Assembly (NCBI GenBank): GCA_963806035.1
Contig: CAWDWO010000035.1
Span: forward strand, 32,001-96,000
DNA: 64,000 nt
From: Candidatus Krumholzibacteriota bacterium
GTDB lineage: Bacteria; Krumholzibacteriota; Krumholzibacteriia; JAJRXK01
Direction of reading: 5' to 3'
Both the position numbers and the translations under genes were made by a program. This document shows, piece after piece, positions 38,067 to 48,600 of the stretch. Below the pieces are notes generated by a model. The model had not been told where the DNA came from, made no database searches, and was given only the letters and a program-made list of their open reading frames with translations. Each line of letters starts with the position of its first letter. Positions within the stretch are counted from its first letter, which is position 1.

Positions 38067-38735
38067 TCAAGCAGAGGCGCCAGCCAAGACCAGAACCAGC
38101 TCCCCCTTCGGCGGGTGCTCTTCATAGTGAGCCAAGAGATCGGCCGCGCTGCCGCGCCGCACTTCCTCATGGAGCTTGGTCATCTCCCGGCAGACGGCCA
38201 GCTCGCGATCCTCGAGAATCTTCGCGAAGTGCGGGAGACTCTTGAGCAGCCGGTGGCTGGACTCCAGAAGGACGACGCTCCGTTCCTCCTGCTTGTAACT
38301 CTCGAGTTGGCGAATGAGGCGACCGCTGCGCCGAGGCAACCAACCGTCGAACACGAAACGATCGCTGGGAAATCCACTCAGCACGAGGGCCATGATCACA
38401 CTCGAGGGCCCGGGAATCATGCTGACTTTCAGACCGGCTTGCAGCGCCGCTCGCACGACCCGGTAGCCGGGATCGGCGACCCCCGGGGTGCCGGCGTCGC
38501 TCACCAGAGCAATGTTTTCGCCCGCCTGCAGTCTCTCGATGATCTCGCGCGCCCTCTGCTCTTCGTTGTGATCATGGCACGAGCGCATTCTGGTCTTGAT
38601 CTGCAGGCGCGCGAGCATCTGGCCGGTGTGACGGGTGTCCTCGGCGTAGATCTGGTCGGCGTCGCGCAGGGCTTCCTGCGCGCGGGGAGAGAGATCCTCG
38701 AGGTTCCCGATCGGAGTCGCCACCAAGGTCAGCAC
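38067..38735 (-). CDS. rsmI: 16S rRNA (cytidine1402-2'-O)-methyltransferase
   Basis: VATPIGNLED, AEDTR, VSDAGTPGVADPG, REMTKLHEE. Confidence 0.96.
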   Translation of the reverse strand: MLTLVATPIGNLEDLSPRAQEALRDADQIYAEDTRHTGQMLARLQIKTRMRSCHDHNEEQRAREIIERLQAGENIALVSDAGTPGVADPGYRVVRAALQAGLKVSMIPGPSSVIMALVLSGFPSDRFVFDGWLPRRSGRLIRQLESYKQEERSVVLLESSHRLLKSLPHFAKILEDRELAVCREMTKLHEEVRRGSAADLLAHYEEHPPKGELVLVLAGASA

Positions 38736-38740
38736 GTCGC

Positions 38741-39625
38741 CTACCCCATCCAGTCGCGCGGGTAGAGAAAATCCTTGTCCACGGTGCGGTTGCTCAGCTT
38801 CACGATCACCGGCATCTTGCGCTTGTACTGCGAACCCTTCATCAGCGAGTTCACCCGGTCGATGAGCTCGGGCTCGAAGCCCGCCCGCAGCAGCCCCTCG
38901 CGCCGCTGCCTCCGGTCGACCATCTCGTGCAGCAGACGATCCACTTCCGCGTACTTCATCCCCAATTCGTCTTCGTCGGTCTGTCCCTGCCAGAGATCGG
39001 CGCTGGGCGCCTTGTTCACGATCAGCTCGGGGATTTGCAGGTGCCTCGAGAGCGCGAAGACCTGGCTCTTGTAGAGGTCGCCGATGGGGTTCACCGCGCT
39101 TGCGCTGTCACCAAAGATGGTCGAGTAGCCCAGCAGAAGTTCGGTCTTGTTGGAGGTGCCCAGAACCAGGGCGTGCCGCGCCTGGCTCAGATCGTAGAGG
39201 ATGGTCATGCGCTCGCGAGCCATCTTGTTGCCGCGCCGCGTGCGGTCGGCCTCGGGATGATTGGCGAAATAGGCATCGACCTGCGGGGTGATGTCCTCGA
39301 GCTGCGACTCGATGCCGAGGGTGTCCACCATCAAACGCGCGTGCTCGACGCTCTCGGGGGAGCTGCTGGAATAGGGCATCAAGACGGCCAGTACGTTTTC
39401 CGCCCCGAAGGTGTGGGCCGCGAGCGTCGCCACCAGGGCCGAGTCGATCCCACCCGAGAGTCCCAGAAGCACCTTCGAAAAGCCCGCGCGCGTGACTTCT
39501 TGCCTCAATCCCGCGCTGAGCACTTTGACCGCGGCGTCCCACTGAAGTTGCAGTACTCCCAAAGATTCGCCGTTGCGCCCGGCATCTTGCGCAAAACTCG
39601 CGGAGGAATCGCGGCGGCGCTTCAC
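38741..39625 (-). CDS. nadE: NAD+ synthetase (synthetase subunit)
   Basis: GLSGGIDS, GNKMARERM, GTSNKTE, KAPSADLWQGQTDE. Confidence 0.96.
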   Translation of the reverse strand: MKRRRDSSASFAQDAGRNGESLGVLQLQWDAAVKVLSAGLRQEVTRAGFSKVLLGLSGGIDSALVATLAAHTFGAENVLAVLMPYSSSSPESVEHARLMVDTLGIESQLEDITPQVDAYFANHPEADRTRRGNKMARERMTILYDLSQARHALVLGTSNKTELLLGYSTIFGDSASAVNPIGDLYKSQVFALSRHLQIPELIVNKAPSADLWQGQTDEDELGMKYAEVDRLLHEMVDRRQRREGLLRAGFEPELIDRVNSLMKGSQYKRKMPVIVKLSNRTVDKDFLYPRDWMG

Positions 39626-40518
39626 TCTGCATCCCCTTGCTCTGGCGCGGCTTCGTCGAGGCTGGCGGCCAAGCTCCGTGACGCCGCGATGCGGCCCAGC
39701 TCGCGGCAGGTGAGCTCGATTTTCTCGTCCCGCAGGATGGGATTGCTCAAGCGCGCCTGGCGCACTCTCTCGAAGTCCACCTCGCCCACGACGAGATCCT
39801 CCTCGTAGAGGGGCCCGACTGCCACTTCCTCGCCGTCGGGACCCAGGAGCACGCTGCGTCCCCAGAACACCAAGCCGTCCTCACTGCCCACCCGATTGCA
39901 GAACGCGATGTAGCAGCCGTAGAGCCGGGCGTAGGTGCGCAGCGTATCCACCCAAGTTCGCGCATTCTGGGGCATTTCTCCTTCGCGCAAGTCGCGCACC
40001 GGACTGGCGGTCTGCACCACCACGAGCTGCGCCCCATCCAGAAGCAGAGTGGTCACGAGGGAGGGATGCCAGGAGTCCTCGCAAATGGAGAAACCGATGC
40101 GACCATGACGCGTGCGCGCGGCAACCACACTGGAACCGGCTCCGACGAATCGCGCCTCGTCGAACACTCCATAACTGGCCAGATAGACTTTCCGGTGCAC
40201 GTGTTTGACTTTTCCCTGTTCCAGGTAGAAGGACGCGATGTACTGCGCGTGCCCCTCCGATTCCTCGATGCCCCCCACGCAGAGCGACATGTCCTTCGCA
40301 CTGCGCGCGAGATTTTTCAAATGGGGATCGTCGATTCCCATCGCCAGATCCCCCACCATGTCCTGCAACAAGTAGCCCGTGAGCGAGAGCTCGGGAAACA
40401 CCAGGAAGTCCACTCCGCTGGCGCGCGCGCGACGGATCCACTCCTCGTGGATGGCCACGTTCGCCTCGAGATCGCCCAGTTTGAGCTTGCATTGGGCCAA
40501 GCCGATGCGCAGATCCAT
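39622..40518 (-). CDS. Nitrilase-family amidase, probable glutaminase subunit of NAD synthetase
   Basis: FPELSLTGY, HRKVYL, ICEDSWH (E-K-C triad); stop overlaps the nadE start. Confidence 0.88.
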   Translation of the reverse strand: MDLRIGLAQCKLKLGDLEANVAIHEEWIRRARASGVDFLVFPELSLTGYLLQDMVGDLAMGIDDPHLKNLARSAKDMSLCVGGIEESEGHAQYIASFYLEQGKVKHVHRKVYLASYGVFDEARFVGAGSSVVAARTRHGRIGFSICEDSWHPSLVTTLLLDGAQLVVVQTASPVRDLREGEMPQNARTWVDTLRTYARLYGCYIAFCNRVGSEDGLVFWGRSVLLGPDGEEVAVGPLYEEDLVVGEVDFERVRQARLSNPILRDEKIELTCRELGRIAASRSLAASLDEAAPEQGDAE

Positions 40519-40534
40519 CTCCGCTCCAATCCGG

Positions 40535-41980
40535 TCAGTGCTTGCGCCAGAATTCCGGGGCAAACAGCACGAGCACGGTGTAGAGTTCGAGCCTCCCCAC
40601 CAGCATACAGAAAGTCAGAACCCATTTTCCCACCACATGCACGTGCGCGAAATTGTTGGTGGGTCCCACGCTCCCCACCCCGGGACCGATGTTGTTGAGG
40701 GTCGCGGCGACGCTCCCGAAAGCGGAAACCAGATCCAGTCCCACCAGGGTCATGCAGAAGGTGGCCAGGGTGGTGATGATCATCATCAGGAGGATGAATC
40801 CCATGATGTTGGTCACGATGTCCGGCGGCACCGCGCTCTTGTTGAAACGAATGGTGTACACGGCCCGCGGGTGCAGCAGCTTCCGCAATTCATTGCTCGC
40901 GTGACGGATGAAGATCAAGAAGCGGGCGTTCTTCATCCCGCCCCCCGTCGAACCCGCGCACCCTCCGATGAACATCAAGAGGAGAAGCAGGTACTGGGGC
41001 ATGCTCCCCCACCTCGCGTAGTCCTCCGTGCAGAAGCCGGTAGTCGTCATGATCGAAACGACCTGAAAGAAACTGCCCCGCAGATTCCGGCCGATACTGA
41101 AATCGGTCAGACGCAGATTGGAGAGGAAGATCGTGGTGGCGGCCACGAGGATGACGACGAGGTAGGTACGAAACTCGTCGTCTCTGAAGTAGTCCTTCAG
41201 CCGGCCCCTCAGCGCCGCGAAATGCAGCGAGAAATTGGCTCCCGCGATGAACATGAACACGATCATGATGATCTCGGCCGCGGGGTTGTGCAGTGCGGCA
41301 ACCGATGCATCGCGGGTGGAAAAGCCGCCGGTGGCCATGGTGGTGAAGGTATGACAGAGGGCATCGAAGGGTGAGAGCCCGCTCAGAATGAGCGCGAGCA
41401 CTTCAGCCGCCGAGATCAACACGTAAACTCCCCACAACAGCTTCGCCGTCTCCTTGATGCGCGGAGTGAGACGGTCCGGAGTGGGTCCGGGCGCCTCGGC
41501 CTTGAAGAGCTGCATGCCGCCAATGCCCAGGATGGGAAGAATCGCCAAGCTGAGCACCACGATGCCCATTCCCCCCAACCACTGAATGAGCGAACGCCAG
41601 AGCAGCATCGAATGGGATTGGGCTTCGATGTCGGTGAGGATGCTCGCGCCAGTGGTCGTGAACCCGCTCATCGACTCGAAGTAGGCATCGCTGAAGCTGG
41701 GAATGCTGCCGCTCAACCAGAAGGGCAAGGCCCCCATCAGGGCCACCAAAATCCAGCCGAAAGTGACGATGAGAAATCCGTCGCGGGTGCCCAGCTCGTG
41801 CCGGCCTCTCCCCAAGAGAACCAGCCCTCCGCCCACGACGATTCCCAGGAGCCCATTGAGGAGAAAGACTCTGAGCTCCGCCTCGTGGTAGATCACGGCA
41901 CAGAGGAGCGGGAACACCATGGCCACGCCCGTGGCGAACACGAGCAGACCTAGAACTCGAAGGACCACGCGTGGATTCAA
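40535..41980 (-). CDS. trkH: Trk potassium uptake membrane protein
   Basis: FESMSGFTTTGAS, WLGGMGI, GGCAGSTGGG, GRLEL. Confidence 0.95.
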   Translation of the reverse strand: MNPRVVLRVLGLLVFATGVAMVFPLLCAVIYHEAELRVFLLNGLLGIVVGGGLVLLGRGRHELGTRDGFLIVTFGWILVALMGALPFWLSGSIPSFSDAYFESMSGFTTTGASILTDIEAQSHSMLLWRSLIQWLGGMGIVVLSLAILPILGIGGMQLFKAEAPGPTPDRLTPRIKETAKLLWGVYVLISAAEVLALILSGLSPFDALCHTFTTMATGGFSTRDASVAALHNPAAEIIMIVFMFIAGANFSLHFAALRGRLKDYFRDDEFRTYLVVILVAATTIFLSNLRLTDFSIGRNLRGSFFQVVSIMTTTGFCTEDYARWGSMPQYLLLLLMFIGGCAGSTGGGMKNARFLIFIRHASNELRKLLHPRAVYTIRFNKSAVPPDIVTNIMGFILLMMIITTLATFCMTLVGLDLVSAFGSVAATLNNIGPGVGSVGPTNNFAHVHVVGKWVLTFCMLVGRLELYTVLVLFAPEFWRKH

Positions 41981-41990
41981 GTTCGCCGCC

Positions 41991-43322
41991 CTAGAAGAGT
42001 TTCTGTACCGCACTCACCGCGGAAGGTAGTGCGAAGACGAGCACCTTGTCGCCGGGGTCGATGACGTCTCCCCCGCGAGGAATCACTACCTGATAGGGTT
42101 TGATGATGGCGCCGAGCAGAGCGTTCTTCGTGAATTCCACCTCGGCGAGCGGGATCCCCGTCACCTTGGAGTGTTCGGTAGCCTGTAGCTCCACGATCTC
42201 GGCGTCGTTTTCCTTGAGCGAGGTGAGGCTGAGCAAATTGCCGCGCCGGAAGTATCGCATGATGGCATCGGCGGTGGAGAGACGCGGCGAGACCGCGGCA
42301 TCCACGCCGATGGTCGAAAGGAGAGGCACGTAGTTCGGCTGACGAATGAGGGCGATGGTCTTGCGGGCACCGTGGGTGCGGGCCAAGAGGCTCGCCATGA
42401 GATTCATGTCGTCGTCTTCGCTCAGGGCGACGAAGCCGTCCATCTCCGCCAGGCCCTCGCTCTCGAGGAACTCCAGGTCGGTCGGATCTCCCAGCAGGAC
42501 CAGGGTATTCTCCAGCTTCGTGCTCGCGCGGTGCGCCAGATCGGAGTTGCTGTCCAGCAGCTTCACCGCGATACCGTTGTCGCTGAGCATCCGAGCCAGG
42601 CTCACTCCGATCGAATTGGCGCCCACGATCATCACTGCCTCGATGGGAGCGGTGGGCGGCGCCAGGTACTGGAGGGCCTCCTCGATCTTGCCTCGCCGGC
42701 CCACGATGAACACCTGGTCATCTTCCTGCAGAAGATCTTCGCCACAGGGGATGATGGTCTTGCCCGCGCGCGTGATGGACGCCACGAGCGCCCAGCGGGC
42801 ACCGAGTTCGCTCTCGATCTCGATCAGGCTCTTTCCCTCGACCGCGGCTCCTCTGCCCACGCGCGCGCCGACCACCTGCACGCGGCCGTCGGCGAACTCG
42901 TAGATGTCGGTGGCGGCCTTCTTCTGCAGAAGTTCGTAGAGCGCATTCACCGCCTCGCGGTCGGGATTGATGAGGTGGCTGATCTCCTCGAAGCACGAAG
43001 CTTCGCCGGCGTAGTAATCCTCGTTACGTACCCGGGCCACCTTGGTGGGCACGCCCAGACGATGCGCGGTGAGGCAGGCCAGAATGTTGATCTCATCCAC
43101 GTCAGTGACGGCGATGAGGATGTCGGCCTTCTCGACCTCAGCCTCCTTGAGCATGGGAATCGTCGCGCCGTTGCCCTGAATCACCAAGGCGTCCAGATGT
43201 TGCTGCGCCTCGGCCACCACCGCTTCGTTGGCCTCGATGAGCGTGACATCGTGGTTCTCGCGGCTGAGGCGTTTTGCGACGATCGAGCCCACGGCTCCCG
43301 CCCCGACGATGATGATCTTCAC
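41991..43322 (-). CDS. trkA: Trk potassium uptake NAD-binding subunit
   Basis: MKIIIVGAGAVG, two RCK modules. Confidence 0.95.
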   Translation of the reverse strand: MKIIIVGAGAVGSIVAKRLSRENHDVTLIEANEAVVAEAQQHLDALVIQGNGATIPMLKEAEVEKADILIAVTDVDEINILACLTAHRLGVPTKVARVRNEDYYAGEASCFEEISHLINPDREAVNALYELLQKKAATDIYEFADGRVQVVGARVGRGAAVEGKSLIEIESELGARWALVASITRAGKTIIPCGEDLLQEDDQVFIVGRRGKIEEALQYLAPPTAPIEAVMIVGANSIGVSLARMLSDNGIAVKLLDSNSDLAHRASTKLENTLVLLGDPTDLEFLESEGLAEMDGFVALSEDDDMNLMASLLARTHGARKTIALIRQPNYVPLLSTIGVDAAVSPRLSTADAIMRYFRRGNLLSLTSLKENDAEIVELQATEHSKVTGIPLAEVEFTKNALLGAIIKPYQVVIPRGGDVIDPGDKVLVFALPSAVSAVQKLF

Positions 43323-43344
43323 CGCAATTCCTTTCGAGGCGAGA

Positions 43345-44367
43345 CTAGAGCGAGAGCCCGTTCAAAACTGACAGGGCGTGCTCACAGTCCTGGCGGCTGA
43401 CATCCAGATGAACTGTGAGCCGGATGCGGCTGGGCCCGAAGGCCACCCCGCGCACGCCCTGCTCGGCGAGCAGAGAGAGCAGGCGCTCGGCCCCGACTTC
43501 CTCGTCCACGTCCACGATCACGATGTTGGTTTCCGGCAGGGAGGGAATGCTCATCCGCGGATGATCCAGGCCCTTAGCGAGCAGGCGCGCATTGGCGTGA
43601 TCCTCCTCGAGCCGGGCAAGGTTGTGATCGAGCGCGTAGAGACAGGCCGCGGCGAGAATGCCGGCCTGCCGCATTCCTCCTCCGAAGCGTTTGCGCAGGC
43701 GCCGGGCCTTGGCGATCTCCGCTTCGCTTCCCGCGAGACAGGATCCCACGGGGGCGCCGAGTCCTTTGGAAAAGCACACCGAGACCGTGTCCACGTTCTC
43801 GCACCAGCGCGCCAGAGGGATCGAAGTGGCCACCGAGGCATTGAAGAGGCGCGCGCCATCCAGATGCAGCTTCAAACCTCTTTCGTGGCAGCCCTGGCCG
43901 ACCTCGTCAATGCATGCGAGAGGGACGATCGTGCCTCCGTGGCGATTGTGGGTGTTCTCCAGACAGACCAGGGAGGGCCGCGGATTGTGCGCGTTCGCCG
44001 GCGCGATGCGCTTCTCGATCTCGCTCCACTTTGGCGCCCCGCTGGGTGAGGGCACCAGCGTCGGCCACAATCCGGAAAGGGCGGCGGGAGCACCAGCCTC
44101 GTAATTGTAGATGTGACTTTCAGCTTCCAGAATGAGCTGGTCGCCGGGCTGGGTGTGAAGCGCCACCCCGATCTGATTGCTCATGGTGCCGCTGGGAACG
44201 TAGAGAGCGGCCTCTTTGCCCAGCTCGCGCGCGACTCTCTCCTGCAACGAATTGACGCTGGGATCGTCACCGTGGACGTCGTCGCCGACTTCCGCTTCGG
44301 CGATGGCTTTCCGCATCGCGGTGCTGGGCCGCGTGACCGTGTCACTACGTAGATCGATAGTCTTCAT
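43345..44367 (-). CDS. ltaE: Low-specificity L-threonine aldolase
   Basis: [39 protein letters not shown]. Confidence 0.95.
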   Translation of the reverse strand: MKTIDLRSDTVTRPSTAMRKAIAEAEVGDDVHGDDPSVNSLQERVARELGKEAALYVPSGTMSNQIGVALHTQPGDQLILEAESHIYNYEAGAPAALSGLWPTLVPSPSGAPKWSEIEKRIAPANAHNPRPSLVCLENTHNRHGGTIVPLACIDEVGQGCHERGLKLHLDGARLFNASVATSIPLARWCENVDTVSVCFSKGLGAPVGSCLAGSEAEIAKARRLRKRFGGGMRQAGILAAACLYALDHNLARLEEDHANARLLAKGLDHPRMSIPSLPETNIVIVDVDEEVGAERLLSLLAEQGVRGVAFGPSRIRLTVHLDVSRQDCEHALSVLNGLSL

Positions 44368-44412
44368 GGCTTCGTGACGGAAATCACCCGCGCTCGGTCG
44401 AACTCGAGCGGG

Positions 44413-44691
44413 CTAGGTCAGTGCGACCCGGTCCTTGAGCATCTTGCTCACCTTGAACACCGGAACACGGCGCTCGGGTACGGGCACCGCTTCCCCCGTG
44501 CGGGGGTTTCTCGCCATGCGCGCCTTGCGCTGTTTCACCTTGAAGGTGCCGAAACCTCGGATCTCCAAGTGCTTACCTTCGGCGAGAGCAGTGCCCACGC
44601 TCTTCAGGAAGAGCTCGACCGCTTCCGCGACCTCCTTCTTGGTCAATCCGGTCCTCAGTGCGATGTCCTCGACGATATCCTGTTTAGTCAT
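44413..44691 (-). CDS. HU/IHF family DNA-binding protein
   Basis: MTKQDIV...EIRGFGTFKVK...ARNPRTGE...VPVFK. Confidence 0.93.
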   Translation of the reverse strand: MTKQDIVEDIALRTGLTKKEVAEAVELFLKSVGTALAEGKHLEIRGFGTFKVKQRKARMARNPRTGEAVPVPERRVPVFKVSKMLKDRVALT

Positions 44692-44775
44692 GGGAACACC
44701 CGTGGAGTGAAGTGGCATTGGGCCCAGGGCAGAACGCCCCGGTGGCGTGAGCGAAGTCCTCACACCGCACTTCAA

Positions 44776-44804
44776 GGGATACGCCTCATCTAACTCATTG
44801 TCAA
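44776..44804 (-). promoter_or_regulatory. Possible sigma70 promoter for the HU/IHF-ltaE-trk operon
   Basis: TTGACA-17 nt-TATCCC. Confidence 0.5.
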
Positions 44805-44870
44805 CAACCACTTTGGTCCATTTGTCCTGAAGCGGGGCCCGCGGGCGGCCCCGCTTCCCCGCCGTGCATC

Positions 44871-44886
44871 TGGCACTGCCTATGCA
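44871..44886 (+). promoter_or_regulatory. Candidate sigma54 (-24/-12) promoter
   Basis: TGGCAC-tgcct-ATGCA, exact GG-N10-GC spacing. Confidence 0.5.
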
Positions 44887-45016
44887 GGGAACAGGCGCAG
44901 AGACGCTGCCGCCACCGAGGAGACGTTCCGCGTCAGCGGGCCGGTGGCGAGGCGCGCCAGAACGATGACACAGCCCTGAGTCGGCAACTGAATCTGGAAT
45001 CCGAGGTCATTCTACG

Positions 45017-45451
45017 ATGGCGATCTTCCGACGAGCCCCCTTGATCCTTCTGGGTGTAATCGTCCTACTGGCAATACTTTTCGCGGGTTGTGGCAACGAG
45101 TCGGCGGGAACCAGCCCCAAGCTGGACACCAACCCTCCCGCCGTCCCGCTCGAGCTCACGGCCCAGGTGGTCGCGGGGGCAGGGGTCAGTCTCAGCTGGG
45201 CCGCCAACACCGTCGATTCCGATCTCCGTGGCTACATTGCATATCGCAGCGAATCGCCCCATGGGGGGTTCGCCCCGCTCAACCGCGATCCGGTGACCAC
45301 GAATTCCCTGCTGGATCGCAGCGCGAAGCCCGGGCACAGCTACTGGTACCAGGTGGCCGCGCGCGACGTGAACCGCAACGAAAGTGCCCGCAGCGCCAGC
45401 ACGGCGGTCAGTCTCTCTGCAAGCAGCCGAACGCAGCTGGCCTCGCGCTGA
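45017..45451 (+). CDS. Lipoprotein with fibronectin type III-like domain
   Basis: Lipobox LFAGC; DTNPPAVP...LSW...DLRGYIAYRS...YWYQVAARDVNRNES. Confidence 0.85.
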   Translation: MAIFRRAPLILLGVIVLLAILFAGCGNESAGTSPKLDTNPPAVPLELTAQVVAGAGVSLSWAANTVDSDLRGYIAYRSESPHGGFAPLNRDPVTTNSLLDRSAKPGHSYWYQVAARDVNRNESARSASTAVSLSASSRTQLASR

Positions 45452-45605
45452 ACTCCGCGACCCCTTGCTGGACTCGAAGTGGACTCGGACTGCCAATCCG
45501 GCGCCGTTGAGGTGAATTGGTACGACTTTCGCTCTCAAGGGGTCGTCTGGGGTCCACTGCGGAAGCATCCGCGATACGAGGCTATGAGTTCGCGTGGGGA
45601 GCGCC

Positions 45606-48600
45606 ATGGATCGCAATCTCGAGAAAAATCTTCGCAAGATCCAAGGCTTGCGCGAAAAGGGGCAGCTGGAAAAGGCGCTTTCTCAGCTCGAATCGTGGGC
45701 CAAAAAGAACCCGGATACCCCGCACTACCAGTATGAAGCGGCCAACGTGGCCCTGGACCTGGGGGACCACGTCAACGGCCTGCGCTGGCTGAAGAATCTG
45801 CTCCGCACCGCTCCGGACAGTCGCGCCAGGGTGTTGGATGCCGTGCAGGAACGCTTCGAGAACGAGCCGATTCTGCCTCTGGGCGAATTCCTGGTCGATC
45901 GCTATCTCTCGCGTGACGATACGGAATCCACCTTCGCCGTGGTGCAAAAGCTCGGCGAGGAGGCCCTGGAGCAGTACCGGCAGAAACTGAAGATCCGTCA
46001 CGCCGGCCTGGCGCCCTCCTCTTCTCCCGATCTGTTGAAATTCAGCCTCTACGCGCAACTCGCCGTCGCGCATGCCCAAAAGCTCCCCGAGGAGTTCGCG
46101 GCGCGCGCGCGCGAGCTGCTGCGCGCCGTCCCCGAAGAGGGCGAAGGTCTGGCGGGCCTGTGCGAATCCGAACTCACGAACCATCCCCACTGCGCCGCGC
46201 TTCTGGCCGCCACCGGCCTGGCCCAACTGCAGGCCAAGAAAGTACAACAGGCCTGTCAGAACCTGAGCCGGGTCAACGGCAAAGAGAACGCCGAATCGCT
46301 GCTCGAAGTCCTGCGCGAGCAGAGGGTTTCCGAGGAGCACCGCGGAGCCTGGCTGAGAACGCTGGCCGAGCTCTCACTGGCCAGCGGGTCCTGCGAGGAG
46401 GCCGCGGATTTCTTCCGCGAGGCGGCCGATGCCGACCCCAAGTCGCGCACGGAGATTCTGCAGCGGCTGGAGAACTTGCCCGCGTCGATCGACGCCGCCT
46501 CCGCAGTTCCTCTCTGGAAACTTCAATTGCGCCTGCTCGTGGTGATGCGCAGGTACTCCAGCGTATCCAAGCTGATCGAAAAGCTACAGAGCCAGGCCGA
46601 AGTCGACGTGGGCGAGCTGCGCGCTCTGATGGGTGAGGGTGAGGAGAACTCCAAAAGCTCGACCGAGATGGCCTATCTTCTGACCGAAGCCGCGCTGCAG
46701 GCCCAAGATCTCGCGGCGGCGGTGCAACACACCACGGAGATCCCCGACCAGGACGAGCACTCCCTGCACAAGGTCATTCGCGCCATCGAACAGGTCATGC
46801 CCGAATGGTCCGACGAGGAGCGCCTGGAACTCGCCGCGCTGCAGGCCGTGATCTACGCGCGTCTGGGCCAACAGCGGGGAGCAAATGAGACCCTGGCTGA
46901 ATTGTGGGAGAAGGAGGAGAACGCGAGCGCGCTCTTCGCGGTCACCCGCACCTGCCTGCAACGTGTACACCCTTCGGCCCGTCTTCTTTCCGCCATGCTC
47001 AAGCCCGCCTTGTCCGCCGGTGAGACCGATCTCTTGAGCGAAGCCCTCGACGGCCTTTTGCGTCACAACCCCGAGGACCTGAAGTGGACCGCGGACGACA
47101 TCGTGACGCAGCTGGATGAAATGCCCGAGTACAGCGAGACCCTGCTCAACATCCTGGACCGCGCGGACAAGGAGCTCGGCGCCACCCAATTGCTGCGCTA
47201 CCCCATGGCCTGCGCGGCCCTGAGCTGCGGCAAGGTCGAGCGCGCGGTGCCCGAGTTCCAGATCCTGCTCATGGCCCGACCCCAGCTCGCCGAGGAGGTT
47301 CTGGAGCGTCTGCGGCGCGCCCTGCAACAGAGCCCCGAGGACGCCGAACTCAACCTGGCCGCTTTCGACCTGCTCTCAGAAGCCCAGGAACACGAAGAGG
47401 CCGAACGGTGTCTGGTCCGCGCGCTGCGAGCCGAGCCCGAACGCATTCAGGAACTCAGCGAGCGCTTCGAGCAACTCCTGGCCGATGCTCCACAGTCCTC
47501 CTCGCTGTGGCTCGGCTACGGCGAAGCCCTGTACGGTATCGGGCGTTTCGCTCAACTCGACGAGCTCGTGAAGCGCGCCCTCTTTGCTGAGATCGATGCC
47601 GGCAGCCTGGCCGACTTGCGCCTCTTGCAGGCGCGCGTGCTCCTGGACGAGGGGCACGTGGACGACGCGGTGGCGCACATCGAACTGCTGTTGAACGAAA
47701 CCGAGAACACGCCGTCCAAGGCGGTGGAGGTTTTGCAGGGACTGCTCGAGAGCGATCCGGGGAATGCCCGTGCGCGCTACCTCTTGGGCGTGGCCGCCGA
47801 GGACGATCTCGATCTCGCGGTGCCCTCCTTCTGCAAGGCTGCCGAGCTGGACCGCAATTTGTCAGCCAATGCCGCGGCCCAACTCGATGCACTCCTGGCG
47901 CGTCCTTCGGCGAGCGCCACTCACTTCCTCCTCGTCGCCAACTTCGACCGGCGCTTCCGCGATCCCGAATCGGCCGCGCGCGCTTACGAACGCGCATTGC
48001 GCCTCGATGCCAATACCGCCGACCGCGTCCTGGCCGACTTGAGCGCCGAGCTGGAGAGCCCTTCGGCCACTCTCTCGCTCCTCTACACTGCCGCCCATGC
48101 CGCGCGGAACGCGGGCCGGCTGGAACAGGCCTGCCAGATTTTGACGCGTCTCTACGGGCAGAACACGGGCGAGATCCGGCACGTGCTCGCCGAGTTGCGC
48201 AAGATCGCCCAGGAGTATCCCGAGGAACTCCTGCCGCAGAGAACCAGCGCTCGCATCCTGCTCGCGGACAAACAGGTGAATGCGGCGGCCGAGCTCGTCG
48301 CTTCTCTGTCCACCAACTCGAACTACCCGGTGGAGCTGAGGCGCGCCATGCTGGAGGAATTCCAGCAGCGCGTTCCCTCCCACTGGGGCCTGCTCATGGG
48401 CTTGGCCCAGTTCAGGGGACAGGATGGCGAACGCGACGAGGCGTCCCAGCTGTTGTGGCAAGCGCTGGAGCATGAAGATCTCGACCTGGAATCGGCGCTC
48501 ACCATCACGGAGTCGCTCCTTCAGGATGCGCCCGAACACGGAGAGCTGCGGCTGATCCAGCACGATCTTCTCTTGCGAGCGGGCCGCGTCGAGGAAGCCT

